This document shows positions 35,344-49,277 of a stretch of DNA of 64,000 nt, in pieces; the first letter of the stretch is position 1, and the number at the start of each line of letters is the position of its first letter. A program made the translations under genes and the position numbers. This DNA is from Eledone cirrhosa. Its lineage: Eukaryota. The notes under the pieces are model-generated. The model was not told the DNA's origin. It searched no databases and worked only from the letters and a program-made list of their open reading frames with translations. The stretch spans positions 63,984,001-64,048,000 of the forward strand of contig OZ024744.1 of assembly GCA_964016885.1 (NCBI GenBank). Reading direction: 5' to 3'.

Positions 35344-37597
35344 AAAAGACAAAAATGATAGGATCTTGTGTTGTGTGAATATATATAAAAAAATGAATTA
35401 GTAGTACCCCATTTTCGTTGGAATGTGTCGACCAACATTTCGAATACACAGCAAACTTTATTAACAAACTAGGAAAAATTCGCAGACACAGAAACGAACA
35501 CACGCACATGTGAAATGCTTGTTCAGACAGACTCTTTTTCAACATGAACATTTATTTTTGCTGAATCTCAACTATTGCTTATTCTTTCCACCGAGTTTTT
35601 TTTTTCATCGTTCACAAAAAAATTGAACTCGCCATATTTGTTATACTAAGTGAAGCCTTTCTTTCTTTTTCATCATATTGTCACGTTCACACACACATTT
35701 TTCAAAATGGCTGCCAATGACCTGTTGCACTATCATTTTCTCGCGCAGTAGAAATATTTTTTCAACTTAACCTTGTTTCGGCACGTGTAGGCAGCACACA
35801 TCTCGACTCACTGAGATAACACACGCCATGGATAATGTTTCTCGCCAAGGATTCTCCAGCCTTAAACTATATTCTCCTATTTGCCAGTTTAAAAATTTAC
35901 CTCGTAAATTTGCCGTTGAAAACTGCGCATTTATTCAGAATGCTTATTTCTTTGGTCGCTGGCCTCTTGACCCTTCCAGGTCAACGCATTCTCAACATCG
36001 ACCATCAACTTTGGCTGTTATTTCTAGCACTTTGAGTAACTCATTTTTTTCTGGGAAAATTTTTACTGTGAATTTAAACAGCATCGAATACGCTCACTCC
36101 GTGAGACAACAACATCAACAACAACAACACAGCTTCATCAACAACCAAAACCAGCAGAACAAGCCAGAGAATTTATTTTTGCAGCACTCTTCCTGTGAGA
36201 AAATCCCTTCGGAGGTTGGAAATTTCACGTTATACCACAGACCAGAAACTACCTGCATTCATTCTCTGGAACACACTTTTTTTCTTGCTGTCATGTGATT
36301 GCACACCTGTGAACTGTATTTTGAACTTTGACCTCTTCTTTTACTTTGATTACATTGTATCTTTGAGTGACGGATAGATAGATGTCCAGTCGTTCTCTGG
36401 CCAAGAGCAGTTGGCTACCTTGATATCTATCATTGATTTTTGCATGCATATATTTTGCTGTTTTCCTTTAATTGCAAACACTATTTTTTTTTTGTCATTT
36501 TCATGCCTGTAACATACTTGCCATCTTACTCCATACATGTTTCATTCGATTTTTATGTTTTAAAAATCTGGCGGGGGATAATGTAGCAAGCAAGAGTTGC
36601 CTCCCTTGTTGTGACACTCACATCACCAATAGATTAACGCTCTCTAGACAGGAAGTAGCTGGAGTTACTTCCCGTTGGGGTGGCAGAACCCTTTTTGTCA
36701 CTTCTGTCTTGAGACCCTATAAAAGGGATACTCAGAGCGATCTCTCCCAGTCATTTGCCTTTCGGCTCCTGGCCTTCTAACCTGCCTGGCCCTTCGGCCA
36801 GGCGCGTTCGTCTGGCAACCCTAACAAGGCCTCTTGCGAGCTAACTTCAAAACGGTAACAAATAACTTTACTTCATTCTTTCATCTACTTTCATTGACTT
36901 GTCAACCATTCTGTTCTACATAACTGCAACTTGTTAATTAAACTTTATATACACAACCTAGTGTCTTGTTGTATTCATACACACCAGTATTTTGTTATAA
37001 CCTAATGCATTCACTTCTCAGCTTGTAGAATGCCAACTCCTCCTATTTCGTCATTTTTTCCCCAGAAAAGCTTATATCTAAGGCGTTTGCTTGTGAATAG
37101 TCTTGCTGAAGTACCTTTCCATCTCTCTTTTTGTATACAACATATATCCACTCATCTTCTCTCTAGCAACTCCACAATTTCTCCAGATCTACCTTTCAGT
37201 CTACCTACATTATGAGTGGCAGCCAAAATGTGTAACCTGACAGGTAACGCATCTCAGGTCGTTCATTTATAGTATCTCTCTATACCTGAAAAGGAATATA
37301 GTTGTGTGATTGCTTAATTATGGTTGAGGGTTTTTTGCACATGAATAGGTTAGCTACCCCATTACTGTGCGTGGCAAATATATAGTAGTATATATATAAT
37401 ATTATTCAAAATATTAATAAATGAGAAATATCATAACCAAAGTATATATTTCATTATACATATTTCAAAGGTACAATGGTGTTTCAGAACGTTTTCATCA
37501 GATAAAATATATAAGAGATTGGATATGCGACATACTGCTAAGGTATTTGAATCATCAATTCCTGTAGTGACAGTAAGTTATTTCACCAACCCTCAAC

Positions 37598-37638
<41 letters not shown>

Positions 37639-37814
37639 GGAGCTTCCAACAGTAATGGTTGCATTTTTTAAGGGTATGTCAATATTTATTTATAAAACTG
37701 ATCTATATTGTATTTTGTCTAATGAAAGCACACCATAATTTAACGTGGTGTCCTTGAAATATGTATAATAAAATAAATATGGTTTTATAAATATAGTTTC
37801 CATTTGTTAATATC

Positions 37815-37970
<156 letters not shown>

Positions 37971-38024
37971 ATGAATTTATGACAGAGCCTGTTATTTTAA
38001 TCTGTAGTAAATATATTTTATATT

Positions 38025-38170
38025 GGAGGCACATGGGTTAGTGGTTAGAGCATTGGCCTTGCAATCGAAAGGTTGTGAGTTCAATTCTCAGACTGGGTGA
38101 TGTGTTGTTTCCTTGAGCAAGACACTTCATTTCACATTGCTCCAGTTTACACAGCTGTAGAAATGAGATG
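38025..38170 (+). mobile_element. tRNA-headed CORE-like SINE (family 2)
   Basis: tgggttagtggttagagc A-box, gagttcaattc B-box and ccttgagcaagacactt CORE-like motif. Confidence 0.7.
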
Positions 38171-38820
38171 ATAGGACTGGGGTCCCTATCATTCCACTGC
38201 AAAGTGGTCGTGGAGGTGCCATGGAAAAAAAGCACCCAGCACTCACTGTAAATGAGGTTGGTGTTAGGAAGGGCATCCAGCTGTAGAAATCAAGCCAGAA
38301 TCAGTTCCCATCCCACCCTTGCAAGCAAGGAAAAAGTGGACGTAAAATGAAATGATGATGATGATGATGATGGTGTATAGAAGAATGTACTTTTTAGGTT
38401 TTTGTGACCTAATTACTGGAAATACTACACTAGCTAATATTTCTACCTGATATATTTCTATCTGTTCCGATATGTGAGCTATCTGGGCGAGTGTGCGTTT
38501 GTATTTTACAAAGCTATAGTACACCTATTGGAGAATTTTAATTTAATTTGTTTTGCGTTTTTTCTTTGGGATAAAAGCACTCAGCACACACTGTCAATGT
38601 GGTTGGCATTAGGAAGGACGTCCAGCCAGAAACTGTTCTATATGAGCGAGACACGGTCACCCGACGCAACTTGCCTCTAAATGGGACAAACCCGTCTAAC
38701 ACATGCTAGCGGGGAAGATAGACGTTAATTGATGATGATGATGTTATTTATATTTTACTGGATTTCCATCATTCCTGTTATTTTTATTGTCCCCTTTTTA
38801 TCGGCTGTTGTGGCAAAAAA

Positions 38821-38992
38821 AGGGCAGTGGGTTGGCGTTCTGAGTTCAAATCCTGCACAGGTTAGCTTTGCCTTTCACACTTATTGGGTCAATAAAATGA
38901 AGCATCAATGATGCACTGGGGTCAATTTAATCAACTTTTCCCTCCCTCAAAATTGTTGGCCTTCTGTCTAAAATAGAAACAATTATTATTAT
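38821..38992 (+). mobile_element. SINE family 1 (internally deleted, long-tail variant)
   Basis: agggcagtgggttggc..gagttcaaatcc..gaaacaattattatt. Confidence 0.8.
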
Positions 38993-39816
38993 TTCCTCCA
39001 ACCTGTTTGGAATGAGGTTGTATGATGATGATAATGATGATGATGTTCATAAAACAATTTTTTTTTCAGTACTTAGTTTTTTATTTATTTTTGGGGGGGA
39101 TTGATTTTAGTTTTTAATTAAATCATTAATGTTGTTTGCCATTTCTATGAACATATATTTCAGTATTCCTATATTTTGGGAATCTGACAAAGTAATTCAA
39201 ACATTAGCTAAATCATTAATATATTTATAAATTTTATTAATTCCAGTTACCTCACATTCATTATCATCAATACAGCACACTAACAACATAAGACTAAATT
39301 GCTCTATATAAATACAGTTATTTGTGACATGTTCTTCATCATCATCATCATTATCACCATTTAATGTCCATTTTTCCATGCTAACTTGATTTAGAAGGGG
39401 TGCCCCGTTGTGAGATAAGCCAGATCAAATGACAGTGCTTTGCTCATACAGAACTGTTTCTGGCTAGGTTTCTACAGCTCATACAGAACTGTTTCTACTA
39501 GGTTTCTACAGAACTGTTTCTGGCTAGATGTCCTTCCTAACGCCAACCACATTTACAGTGTGGACTTGTGGGGGAATTGGAGAGGTAGATCTAGAGGTGT
39601 GTGTGAGGAGCAGAGTATTCAGGTGTGCATGAAGTATAAGGACATGGGAGGGGCAATGACATGGACGAAGGGAGGAGTGTTAAGATATGGAGGTGAATGG
39701 AAGGGGGAAGGGGGAAAGTAGTACATAAAAGATGTAAGCTTCAACCTGTGCACATGGGTTTTAAATAGTAGCACTAAATACCAATGGAGATATAATTAAA
39801 TTAAACCCATTATGAA

Positions 39817-42800
39817 TCATCATCATCATCATCATCATTTTACGTCCGCTCTTCCTTGCTTGCAAGGGTGGGACGGGTTTTATTCAGCACAGCATCTCTC
39901 CACTCATCACGGTCCTTCGTCATCTCCACCGTGAGCTTCAGTGATCTGAGGTCTGTTCTCACCACCTCTGCCCATGTTTTTCGTGGTCTACCTCTACCAC
40001 ATCTTCCTTCAACTGGCATTTCCTGGCACTTCTTTACCCATCGGTCATCCTCCATGCGCATCACATGTCCATACCACCTCAGTCTCCTCTCTCGCACACT
40101 ACATTCTATCCCTCTCAGACACAGTTTCTCTCTCAACACATTCATGCTGGGTCGTTCACGCACATTGACACTGCAGATCCAACGGAGCATGCTTGCCTCA
40201 TTTCTCTCCAGTTGCATATCCTCTGCAGTTGCTGCCCATGTCTCACTACCATGCAGCATCGTGCACCTCACACAGGCATCATATAACTGGCCTTTCATAC
40301 GCAGGGAGAAACCCTTCTTCGTCAGCAGAGAAAGCAGCTCCCTAAACTTCTTCCAACCCGTCCTTATTCTAGATACTATGGCCTCGGAACACCCTCCTCC
40401 CATGCTAATCTGATCTCCTAGGTACCGGAAGCTATCCACCACTTCTATAGCGCCCTCCTGCATTTGAAAAATGTGTCTATCAATGCGACTTCTACTGTCT
40501 AATTTCCCTGTACATCTACTGCATACGTATTTCTCCCTACCTGTTAGTTTGCCTGCTATCCCACTACATCTCTTGTGTACCCAGGATCTGCATTGTGTGC
40601 ATTTTATAGAATTTATGCCAGTTCCTTTTCTGCATATCGAACATGGCCATTTCCCTGACGGAATCAGAGTTTTGTCCTCTTTTTTACTCATCAACACTTT
40701 TGTCTTAGCTAGGTTCACTCGCAGTCCTCTTGCTTCCAACTGCTGTTTCCATAGCTAGAATTTATTCTCTAGCTCCTCTACTGGTTCTGCTATAAGAACC
40801 AGATCATCAGCATAGAGAAGTTCCCATGGACAGCCAGTCTTAAACTCCTCTGTTATGGCTTGGAGGACTATAATGAACAAGAGCGAGCTGAGGACCGAAC
40901 TTGATGTACTCCTACTTGTATCTGGAATTCCTCACTAGACTCCATTCCTACCCTGACTTCACTGACAGTACCTCTGTGCAAAGTTTGCACTGTCCTCACA
41001 AGCCATTCCTCAACACCTAGTTTCCTTATGGACCACCAGATGACAGATCAGGGTACCCTATCAAAGGCCTTCTCTAGGTCAACAAAGGCTAAGTATAGTG
41101 GCTTATTTTTCTCTAAGAACCTCTCTTGTAATTGTCTCACCAAGAAGAGGGCATCTGTTGTACTCTTCCCAGGCAGAAAACCAAATTGCATCTCATCTAG
41201 TTTGACCCTTTCTCTAATTAGTTGTGCTAATATCCTTTCTACCACTTTCACAACCTGATCCATCAGTTTTATACCCCTATAATTGCTCCTCTCCAGAGCA
41301 TCCCCTTTACCTTTATAGCAATTTATGAGAATACTGCTGCACCAGTCTTTGGATATGACACCACCATGTATAGCCTGATTGATGATGCGTGCAACCAGTT
41401 TAGTGCCTACGTCCCCTGATGCCTTCAGCATCTCAGCAACTATTCCCGATGGTCCAGCAGCCTTACCATTTTTCATTTCCTTAATTGCCTCTTGGACCCT
41501 ATATTCGTCAATCTCAATAGCTGGTCCCTCTGTTGGATCTACTGAGGGTAATTTCTCTCTCTCCCATTTGTTCTCCACATTCATCAGTCTCTCATAATGA
41601 CATTTCCAGGCCTTCTTTTTCTGATCATTCGTGACACTAAGTACACCGGCATCATTCTGGACACATTTATCTCCAACAACATCCTGATTTGCATTGACAC
41701 ACTGCCTTGCAATGTGGAACACCGCACGTCTCTGATCTTCCCGTCACAGAACATTGGCAAACCTCCCACTCTCAGCCTCCCTGCTTGCTAAGTACACCTG
41801 ACGTCTAGCTTCTCTCTTAGCGGCTGTATATCCTTCCCTACTCCCACCCTTTTTCCAAGCATTCCATGCTAGTCTTTTGTCTCTAATGGCCCTCTCTATT
41901 GTGCTGTTCCACCACCAGGTCACTCTCTGTCTGGTTGGAGCTCTGCTCCAGCCACAAGTTTCATCACTAGCCTTCAGTAAGTTGTCACCTAAGAAATTCC
42001 AGTTATTATCTATGTCATACGTCTCTAAATCGTCTTCTTTTTCGTCATACACATCTTGAAGGGCTTTCCTAAATTTGTATTTCAGTGAAAGGTCTTTTAG
42101 CTTCCAGACCTTTCTTCTTCACACCTTTCTGTATGTCTCATTCCATCTCTTGCTTACTGAGATATCATTAACGACTAACCTATGCTGTGGGGGTACATTC
42201 TTCCCCAGGGTATGCCTTGGTATTAGACACTATCTGCCTGTCCTGCTGCCTAACTAGTAAGAAGTCAATCTGGCTTATGTGCTCACCAGATTTGTAGGTT
42301 ATTAGGTGGTTGGCAGGTGTCTGGAAGTTAGTGTTGCAAATAGTCAGTGTACTTGCATCACAAAATTCAAGAAGTCTCACTCCTTCTTCATTTCTTGAGC
42401 CGTAACCGTGCCCACCATGTACCCCAGTGTAACCATCCCGGAGCTGTCCAACATGACCATTGAAGTCCCCTGCTTGCATAACGATGTCTCCGTCCTCTGT
42501 CATTGCGGTTGTTTGTAAAAGTTGCTCGTAAAAGCAGTCTTTCTCATCTTTGTCTAGGCCTGCTTGGGGAGCATAGACCGAGATGATTGTCAGTAGTCTC
42601 CTACCTACAACTAATCTAAGCTTAATTATTCGATTACTAACTCGAACTACCTCTATTGTCTTATTGATCCATCTCTCAGCCAGTAAAATGCCTACTCCCC
42701 CTAACCCATCATCCTTACCTACCCAGAAAAGCTTATAGCTAAGATGTTTGCCTGCGACTAGTCTCGCAGAGGCACCTCTCCATCTCACCTCTTGCACACA

Positions 42801-43065
42801 GCACACATCCACATGCCTTCTCTCCAGCATCTCCGCTATTTCAGCAGATCTACCTCTGAGAGTGCCAACATTAAGTGTTGCAGCTCTGAGATGTGACGTC
42901 TTCATATTTTGTTGTTCCTATCTATTTCTGGCTGTGCTGATAAGCGTTTTGGCATTGATACACTGGTTGAATGCCCTTCCTAACACCAGCGCCACTTTAC
43001 AGCATGGACTGGGTGCTTTTATTTGTGCCACCAGCACTAGAGAGGATGTCTTACTAGACTCAAGG
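39817..43065 (-). mobile_element. Near full-length RTE LINE subfamily beta (APE-RT-PHD), with a few stops/frameshifts
   Basis: ORFs 42180-42905 (TLNV, VQE, GDFNGH, QIDF), 41744-42052, 41048-41722 and 39840-40739. (GAT)n tail. 5' UTR at ~42906-43065. Confidence 0.95.
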
Positions 43066-43173
43066 GCCCTCTCTACCCCTCCATTTTACAGTATGGTCAT
43101 ATATTAAAAAAAAAATATATATATATATGTGTGAATAAAACTCTGCCATTATGTATGTGGGGGCTGGGGTTAT

Positions 43174-43332
43174 CAGATCTGTCAACTCTCCCCGTCTGAT
43201 GGGGAGATCTCGCACCCACTTTGGGGGTGAAAATGGCTATAGCTTTCATTATGTAAAATCTCCTCATTTTGCCTTTTTTGCACTTTTTTTCATGGTACTT
43301 CCCGTTTGTGTTTTTAGAGGTTGGCAGGTCTG
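43174..43332. mobile_element. hAT-like MITE family H, copy 1
   Basis: TIR cagatctgtcaac / gttggcaggtctg; flanks ggttat / gggtat. Confidence 0.8.
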
Positions 43333-43475
43333 GGGTATTTTATGAAACTATAGGTAAAAGTAATAATTCAGAACTAGACAAAATGTATTTAACAATGGTT
43401 TATACGTAGTATATAGTATGCAAAATAATAGAGTGATGAAACTAAAGTACTGCTGTTTAACAAATTGGAAAATAT

Positions 43476-43887
43476 TATAACAGAATACTGGTGTGTATGA
43501 ATATAACAAGACACTAGGTTGTGTATATAACGTTTAATTAACAATTTGCAGTTATGTAGAATAGTATAGTTGACAAGTCAATGAAAGTAAATGAAAGAAT
43601 GAAGTAAAGTTATTTGTTACCGTTTTGAAGTTAGCTCGCAAGAGACCAAGTTAGGGTTGCCAGACGAACGCGCCTGGCTGAAGGGCCAGTCTGGTTAGAA
43701 GGCCAGGAGCCGAATGGCAAATGAGAGGTAGAGAGCTGAAAGTTATTCCCTTTATAGGTCCTGGGACGGAAGTGACAAAAAGGGCCCTGCCACTCCAACG
43801 GGAAGCAACTCCAGCTACTTCCTGTCTAGAGAGCGTTACTCTATTGGTGATGTGATCGTCACAACAAGGGAGGCAACTCTTGCTACA
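43476..43887 (-). mobile_element. Solo LTR of the Trp-PBS family
   Basis: Reverse-complement homolog of 36582-36999; 4-bp TSD ATAT (43472-43475, 43888-43891). Confidence 0.92.
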
Positions 43888-44112
43888 ATATGAACCTGTG
43901 GCATTGGGATTAACAATAGCTCCTGATAATCTTTTCCAAGTAGAGTTAAAGTCAAAATATATATGTACCTGTGTGTGTGTGCGTGTGTTTCTGTGTGTGT
44001 TCTTTTATTAGTAGCATCAACATCAACAGCAGTAACAGTCGTAACAGCAGTATTCAAAGGATCAAATTTGTCATTGTCATCATAGTAGTAGTAGATGCCG
44101 CCGCCGTATTTT

Positions 44113-44143
<31 letters not shown>

Positions 44144-46958
44144 CCGTTTTACGTCCGTTCTTCCACACTAGCATGGGTTAGACAGGTTGTCCTGTTGTGG
44201 GCAGTGTCTGGTCGGCTGACCATGCCTTGCTCATACAGGAACTGATCTGGCTTGATTTCTACAGCTGGATGCCCTTCCTAACCCCAACCTCATTTACAGT
44301 GAGTGCTGGGTGCTTTTTCGTGGCGCCTACACGTCCACTTTACAGTGAGTGCTGGGTGCTTTTTCGTGGCGCCTACACGTCCACTTTACAGTGTGGGCTG
44401 GGTGATTTTTTTGCCGTGGCACCTCCACGACCACCTTGCGGTGGGGGGTGTGGGGGCATATTGTTTATATGCTTCAGCTTGTACCCATGGGAGGTCGGGT
44501 ACTCTGTATTACTGCGTGACACCAGAGGTCACAGTCGTGTGTCATGGCCTTTGAGAGGTGTAATTGGGTAAGGTCGGCTTTTATCACCTCATCCCAGGTC
44601 ATCTTGGGTCTCCCCACTCCGCGGTTTCCATCAACTTCTAGTGCTCTGCACCTTTTTATGCAGCTGTCATCCTTCATACGCATCACATACCAGCACAACC
44701 GCCTCTCCCGCACACAGCATTTGATTCCTCTTATGCTCAGTCTCTCTCTCAATTCATTTATGCTTTGTCGTTCACGTATATTACTGTTACACATCCATCG
44801 GAGCATGCAGGCTTCGTTTCTCTCTAATCTACGTAAGTCTTCCACCTTCAGCGCCCAGGTCTCACTACCATGCAACATCACTGTTCGGACACACGCATCA
44901 TACAGTCTGCCTTTCATTCTGAGGGAGAAGCCTTTTGCAGCTAGCAGTGGTAGTAGTTCCCTAAACTTCTTCCATCCCGTTCTTACCCTAGTTATTGTAC
45001 TTTCTAAACACCCACCTCCGTTGCTAATTCGGTCACCTAGGTAGCAGAAGCTGTCTACTGTTTCTACAGAGCCCTCCCAGAGATTGGTGGTACTTGTTTC
45101 CTGTGGCTGTTTGCTGCTTGCTGTCACCAGCACAGCTGCTGCATATGAATCCTACATTCTTAATTAAGCTTCCTGAGATCCCGCTACATCTCTTGTGTAC
45201 CCATTGTTTGCATTTGGGGCAGAGAATGGAGTTCCTACCTACACCTTTCCTACATACTGAGCAAGGCCATTTCCCTGAGGGGATCTGGGTTCTGTTTTCT
45301 CGTCTACTTACAAGGACCTTAGTCTTTGTCATGTTGACTTTGAGACCCTTTCTTTCTAGTCCCTGCTTCCAGGTTTGGAATTTATTCTCTAGTTCTACCA
45401 TAGATTCAGCTATGAGTGCGAGGTCATCAGCATACAGGAGTCCCCATGGGCATCCAGTCTTAAACTCCTCCGTTATTGCCTGCAGGACTATGATGAACAG
45501 GAGAGGGCTAAGAACAGAGCCCTGGTGGACCCCAACCTGTACGCTAAATTCCTCGCTATACTCATTGCTAATCCTAACTTTGCTGACTGCTCCCCTATAC
45601 ATGGCTTGTACCGCTTTCACAAGCCGTTCATCTACTCCTAGTTTTCTAAGAGCCCACCAGACTACAACACGTGGAACTCTGTCAAAGGCTTTCTCAAGGT
45701 CGACAAATGCCAAGTAGAGTGGCTTACTTTTAGCTAGGTACTTTTCCTGTAATTGCCTCACAAGGAAGAGGGCATCAGTGGTGCCTCTTCCTGGTACAAA
45801 CCCAAATTGCATCTCGTCTATTTTCACCCGGTCCCTAATCAGCTGTGCTATAACTCTTTCTGTTACTTTCATGACCTGGTCCATCAACTTTATACCTCTA
45901 TAGTTTCCTCTATCTAGTGCATCGCCTTTACCTTTGTAGCAGTTGACAATGATGCTACTGCACCAATCTTTTGGTATGGCCCCTTCTAGTATTACCTGGT
46001 TAACGATACGTGTGGTTATAGTGTGACCTACAGACCCAGATGCCTTCAGCATCTCGGCAGCTATACCCGATGGACCGGTTGCCTTCCCCATCTTCATATC
46101 TTTGATTGCCTTACTTACTACGCTGCTGCTGACTTGTACTGCTGGTCCCTCTATAGGGTCTACTTGGGGTAGGGTCTCTTCTTCCCATGCATTCTACTCA
46201 TTTAGTAATCTATCATAATGACTCTTCCATGCATCTTTCTTCTCAGCACTTGTGAGGGCAAGCTCACCTTTATCATTCCGGATACACTTCTCTCCAATGA
46301 CATCACAACTATCTCTGACACACTGCCTCGCAATCTTGAATACCTCCTGTTTCTGGTCCTCGCGTTGTAAAACATGCTTGAATTTTCTATCCTCTGCTTC
46401 CCTCCTAGCTAAGTATACTTGTCGCCTAGCTTCCCTCTTGGTCTCTATGTAATGTACCCTGCTCCCCCCGTTCTTCCATTCTTTCCATGCCTGTCTCTTG
46501 CCCTTAACTGCTTCATCTACCTTATTGTTCCACCACCAAGTCACTCTCCTCCTGCTTGAGGTCTTACTCCAGCCACAGACCTCATCCGTCGCCTCTAGTA
46601 AATTATTTTTTAGGAACTCCCAGTTCTCTTCTACGTTAAATGTCTCTATCTGTTCTTCTTTACTGTCGTAGGCGTTGAGTAAAATATCTTTAAATCTGTT
46701 ACTGGTTGAGGGGACTTTCAGCTTCCAGATCTTTCTTCTCCAGGTTGGCCTCTGTTTCCGGGTTCGTCTAGTTCTGACCGTGAGGTCGCTGACAACTAAG
46801 CTATGTTGGGATGTACATTCCTCACTAGGGAAGGCTTTTGTGTTTACGACCGTCCATCTGTCACGTCCTCTGATGAGGATAAAATCTAACTGACTAGAGT
46901 GCTCCCCTGATCTATAGGTGATCAGGTGGTTGTCGGGTTTTTTAAAGTTTGTGTTACA
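44113..46958 (-). mobile_element. RTE LINE subfamily alpha, long 5'-truncated copy
   Basis: ORFs 46194-46544, 45033-46097 (RT + PHD) and 44474-45133. (GAT)n tail. Confidence 0.95.
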
Positions 46959-47404
46959 TATATGTATATAATATATATATTATACTTTATTATATTGATA
47001 TCCTTCGATTGACCAGATTACCAGATGTCCTTATACGTTGATGGTCACAATATACTTACATTCCTCCTTGATTGTGCCTTTCTTTTCCATTTAGAACTGA
47101 ATCCCTAACAGCTTATAGATACAAGGGATTTTAAGCATAAGGCCAACATTTTTGAGGAATGGGAAAGTCAATCAAATTGACCCCAGAACTTAACTGGTAC
47201 TTCACTGGAGCATAAAAAGCCAGAACAAATCATTCTGACACTCCACTTTCTGACCACTTGGATTTCAGTTTGCAACCAGAGAATGGTTCAACTGGCCTAT
47301 AGTGAATTGAGGCCCATCTTTTTGCAGGCAGGCCATAGTTAACTTTCTTCTAGCAAATGAATTGGAAGCCTGCTTTTGCAAGACAACCTTTCTTTGTATG
47401 TGTG

Positions 47405-47960
47405 TGTGTTCACCTGATTGGTAGGTGATAGGTGGCTGGCCAGTTTCCTGTGATTAGTGTTGCAAATGGTTAGTTCATTTGCATCACAGAATTCCAGGAG
47501 CCTCATTCCCTTTTCATTCCTCATTCTATAACCATATCTACCATGTACCCAAGTGTAACTATCCTAGTGCTACCCACTATGTCCATTAAAGTCGCCAGCT
47601 AAAATGATGACATCTCTGTCATCAGTAACTGAGGTTGTCTGTATGAGTTCCTCAAAGAAATGGTCCTTTTGTTCTTAGTCAAATTTCAGGTGTATAGGTA
47701 GAGATAATTATTATCATTCTATCCCATTGTTATTCTGAGTTTGATAATTCTGTCACTTACTCTGACTACCCCAATTACCTTATCTATCCACTTCTCAGTT
47801 AGTAAAATGCCTACACCACCTATACTATCATCATTTCCTACCCAGGAAAGATTATATCTACGTGGCTTGCCTGTAAGTATTCTTACCAAGGCACCCATCC
47901 ATGTCACCTACATCAATTCTTCAGGAACCTCCACAATTTCTCCAGATCTACCATTTAGTT
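47405..47960 (-). mobile_element. RTE AP-endonuclease fragment
   Basis: WVGND..GGVGILL..RIIKL, GDFNGH and RLLEFC..ICNTN motifs. Confidence 0.85.
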
Positions 47961-48229
47961 TGCTGACAGCTCCTCTAGTGAGTTATCTGAGAATGGTGAT
48001 CATGCCTTTAGTAGTAGTTCTCTGTATCTGCAAGGGAACGTGGGGGTGCAAGTGCTTGACGATGGTCGCAGAGTTCTTGCATATGGCAGGATAGCCACAC
48101 CATGCACAGCACTAACATGACTAGTGTTAGTTCTGTATACATAATTAATGTGAATCTTATAAGTTGCACTTTTCATAAATATATATGTGTATATTATGTA
48201 TGTGTGTGGAAAACTCAACAAGGAAAAAC

Positions 48230-48410
48230 AACATAGGAAAACAATACAATGATGATATATATTAGTTTACTGTTTGATATAGTAGGAAATAAGTCATAAT
48301 GTTTCAGATGTTAATCCTTCATCAGAAGATAGAATGAGAAAGAGAAGAAAGATAACAATATAGACAACAGTAAGAAAAGAAAGGAAATGGGAAAAAATAT
48401 ATTTTTCGAG
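48230..48410 (-). mobile_element. Penelope-like terminal repeat remnant
   Basis: Homologous to 18720-18900 and 19160-19350; CTGATGA..GAAAC at 48301-48325. Confidence 0.55.
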
Positions 48411-49277
48411 TGTAAAACATGTACGTAGTTAGTTCACCATTTTGGACAAGCTCCTTCACTGGTTCATTTTGATGTTGTTTTTTAGCTTCAGGTCAGACCT
48501 GACTCAGCAGACCTATTACAAAAGGCATTCCAGCCATGATCATCCCACCTGTTTGTATTTAGGATATAGAATTCATATTGGCCAATGTGTCATTCTTGTG
48601 TTGAAGATGGTAAGGTGTAGTTTGTGGGAATCTGGCTATGTATTGGTGTCTGTTACAGATAGACAGAAAAGAGGTAGTATGTGTAGACAAAGAGGAGACA
48701 CAAAGGGCAATATGCATAGATAAGGTCACAGGTTGTACTGAAAGCACTTTGACTATTAATTAATTACCTGATTAATAAAACTGAAGTGAAGCTCAAACAA
48801 CATGTCCCACCCAAAATATAACTACATCTATATATATAAAAAGCATCCAGCCCACACTGTAAAGTGGTTGAGTAGGTGTCATGACAAAAAGCACCCAGAA
48901 CACACTGTAAAGTGGTTGTGTAGGTGTCAAGACAAAAAAACACCCAGAACACACTGTAAATGAGGTTCGTGTTAGGAAGGACATCCAGCTGTAGAAACCA
49001 AAATCAGTTCTGAATGAGCAAGACGTGGTCATCTGACCTGATTTGTCTCGCAACAGGACAACTCATTTAACCCATGTTAGCATGGAAAAATAGACATTAA
49101 ATGGTGATGATGGTGGTGGTCATGTAGGTGTCTCAACAAAAAGCACCAAGTACTCACTGTAAATGAGGTTGACACTAGGAAACTGTAGAAGCCAAGGCAA
49201 AATCGATTCTGTGTGAACATGACATGGTCACCTGACGTAGCACTGCTCATAACAGGACAACTTATCAGTGTGGGAAA

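Larger units (their letters stand above)
34711..36999 (+). mobile_element. Non-autonomous Ty3/Gypsy-type LTR element with tRNA-Trp PBS
   Basis: LTRs at 34711-35329 (contains a SINE) and 36582-36999. 4-bp TSD ACCT. PBS TGGTGACCCCGA at 35332-35343. PPT ggcgggggataa at 36570-36581. The 1.25-kb interior has only a possible decayed gag (35828-36298). Confidence 0.92.
34290..37290 (-). mobile_element. RTE AP-endonuclease fragment split by the LTR element at 34711-36999
   Basis: ...ccaattacct | (acct)aatgcattcacttctcag is collinear with the uninterrupted paralog at ~47770-47800. Confidence 0.8.

Noticed and set aside
38025-38100. tRNA-like sequence, and similar A/B boxes in family-1 repeats
   Set aside because: No complete cloverleaf, and it continues into SINE body, so these are SINE heads rather than tRNA genes.
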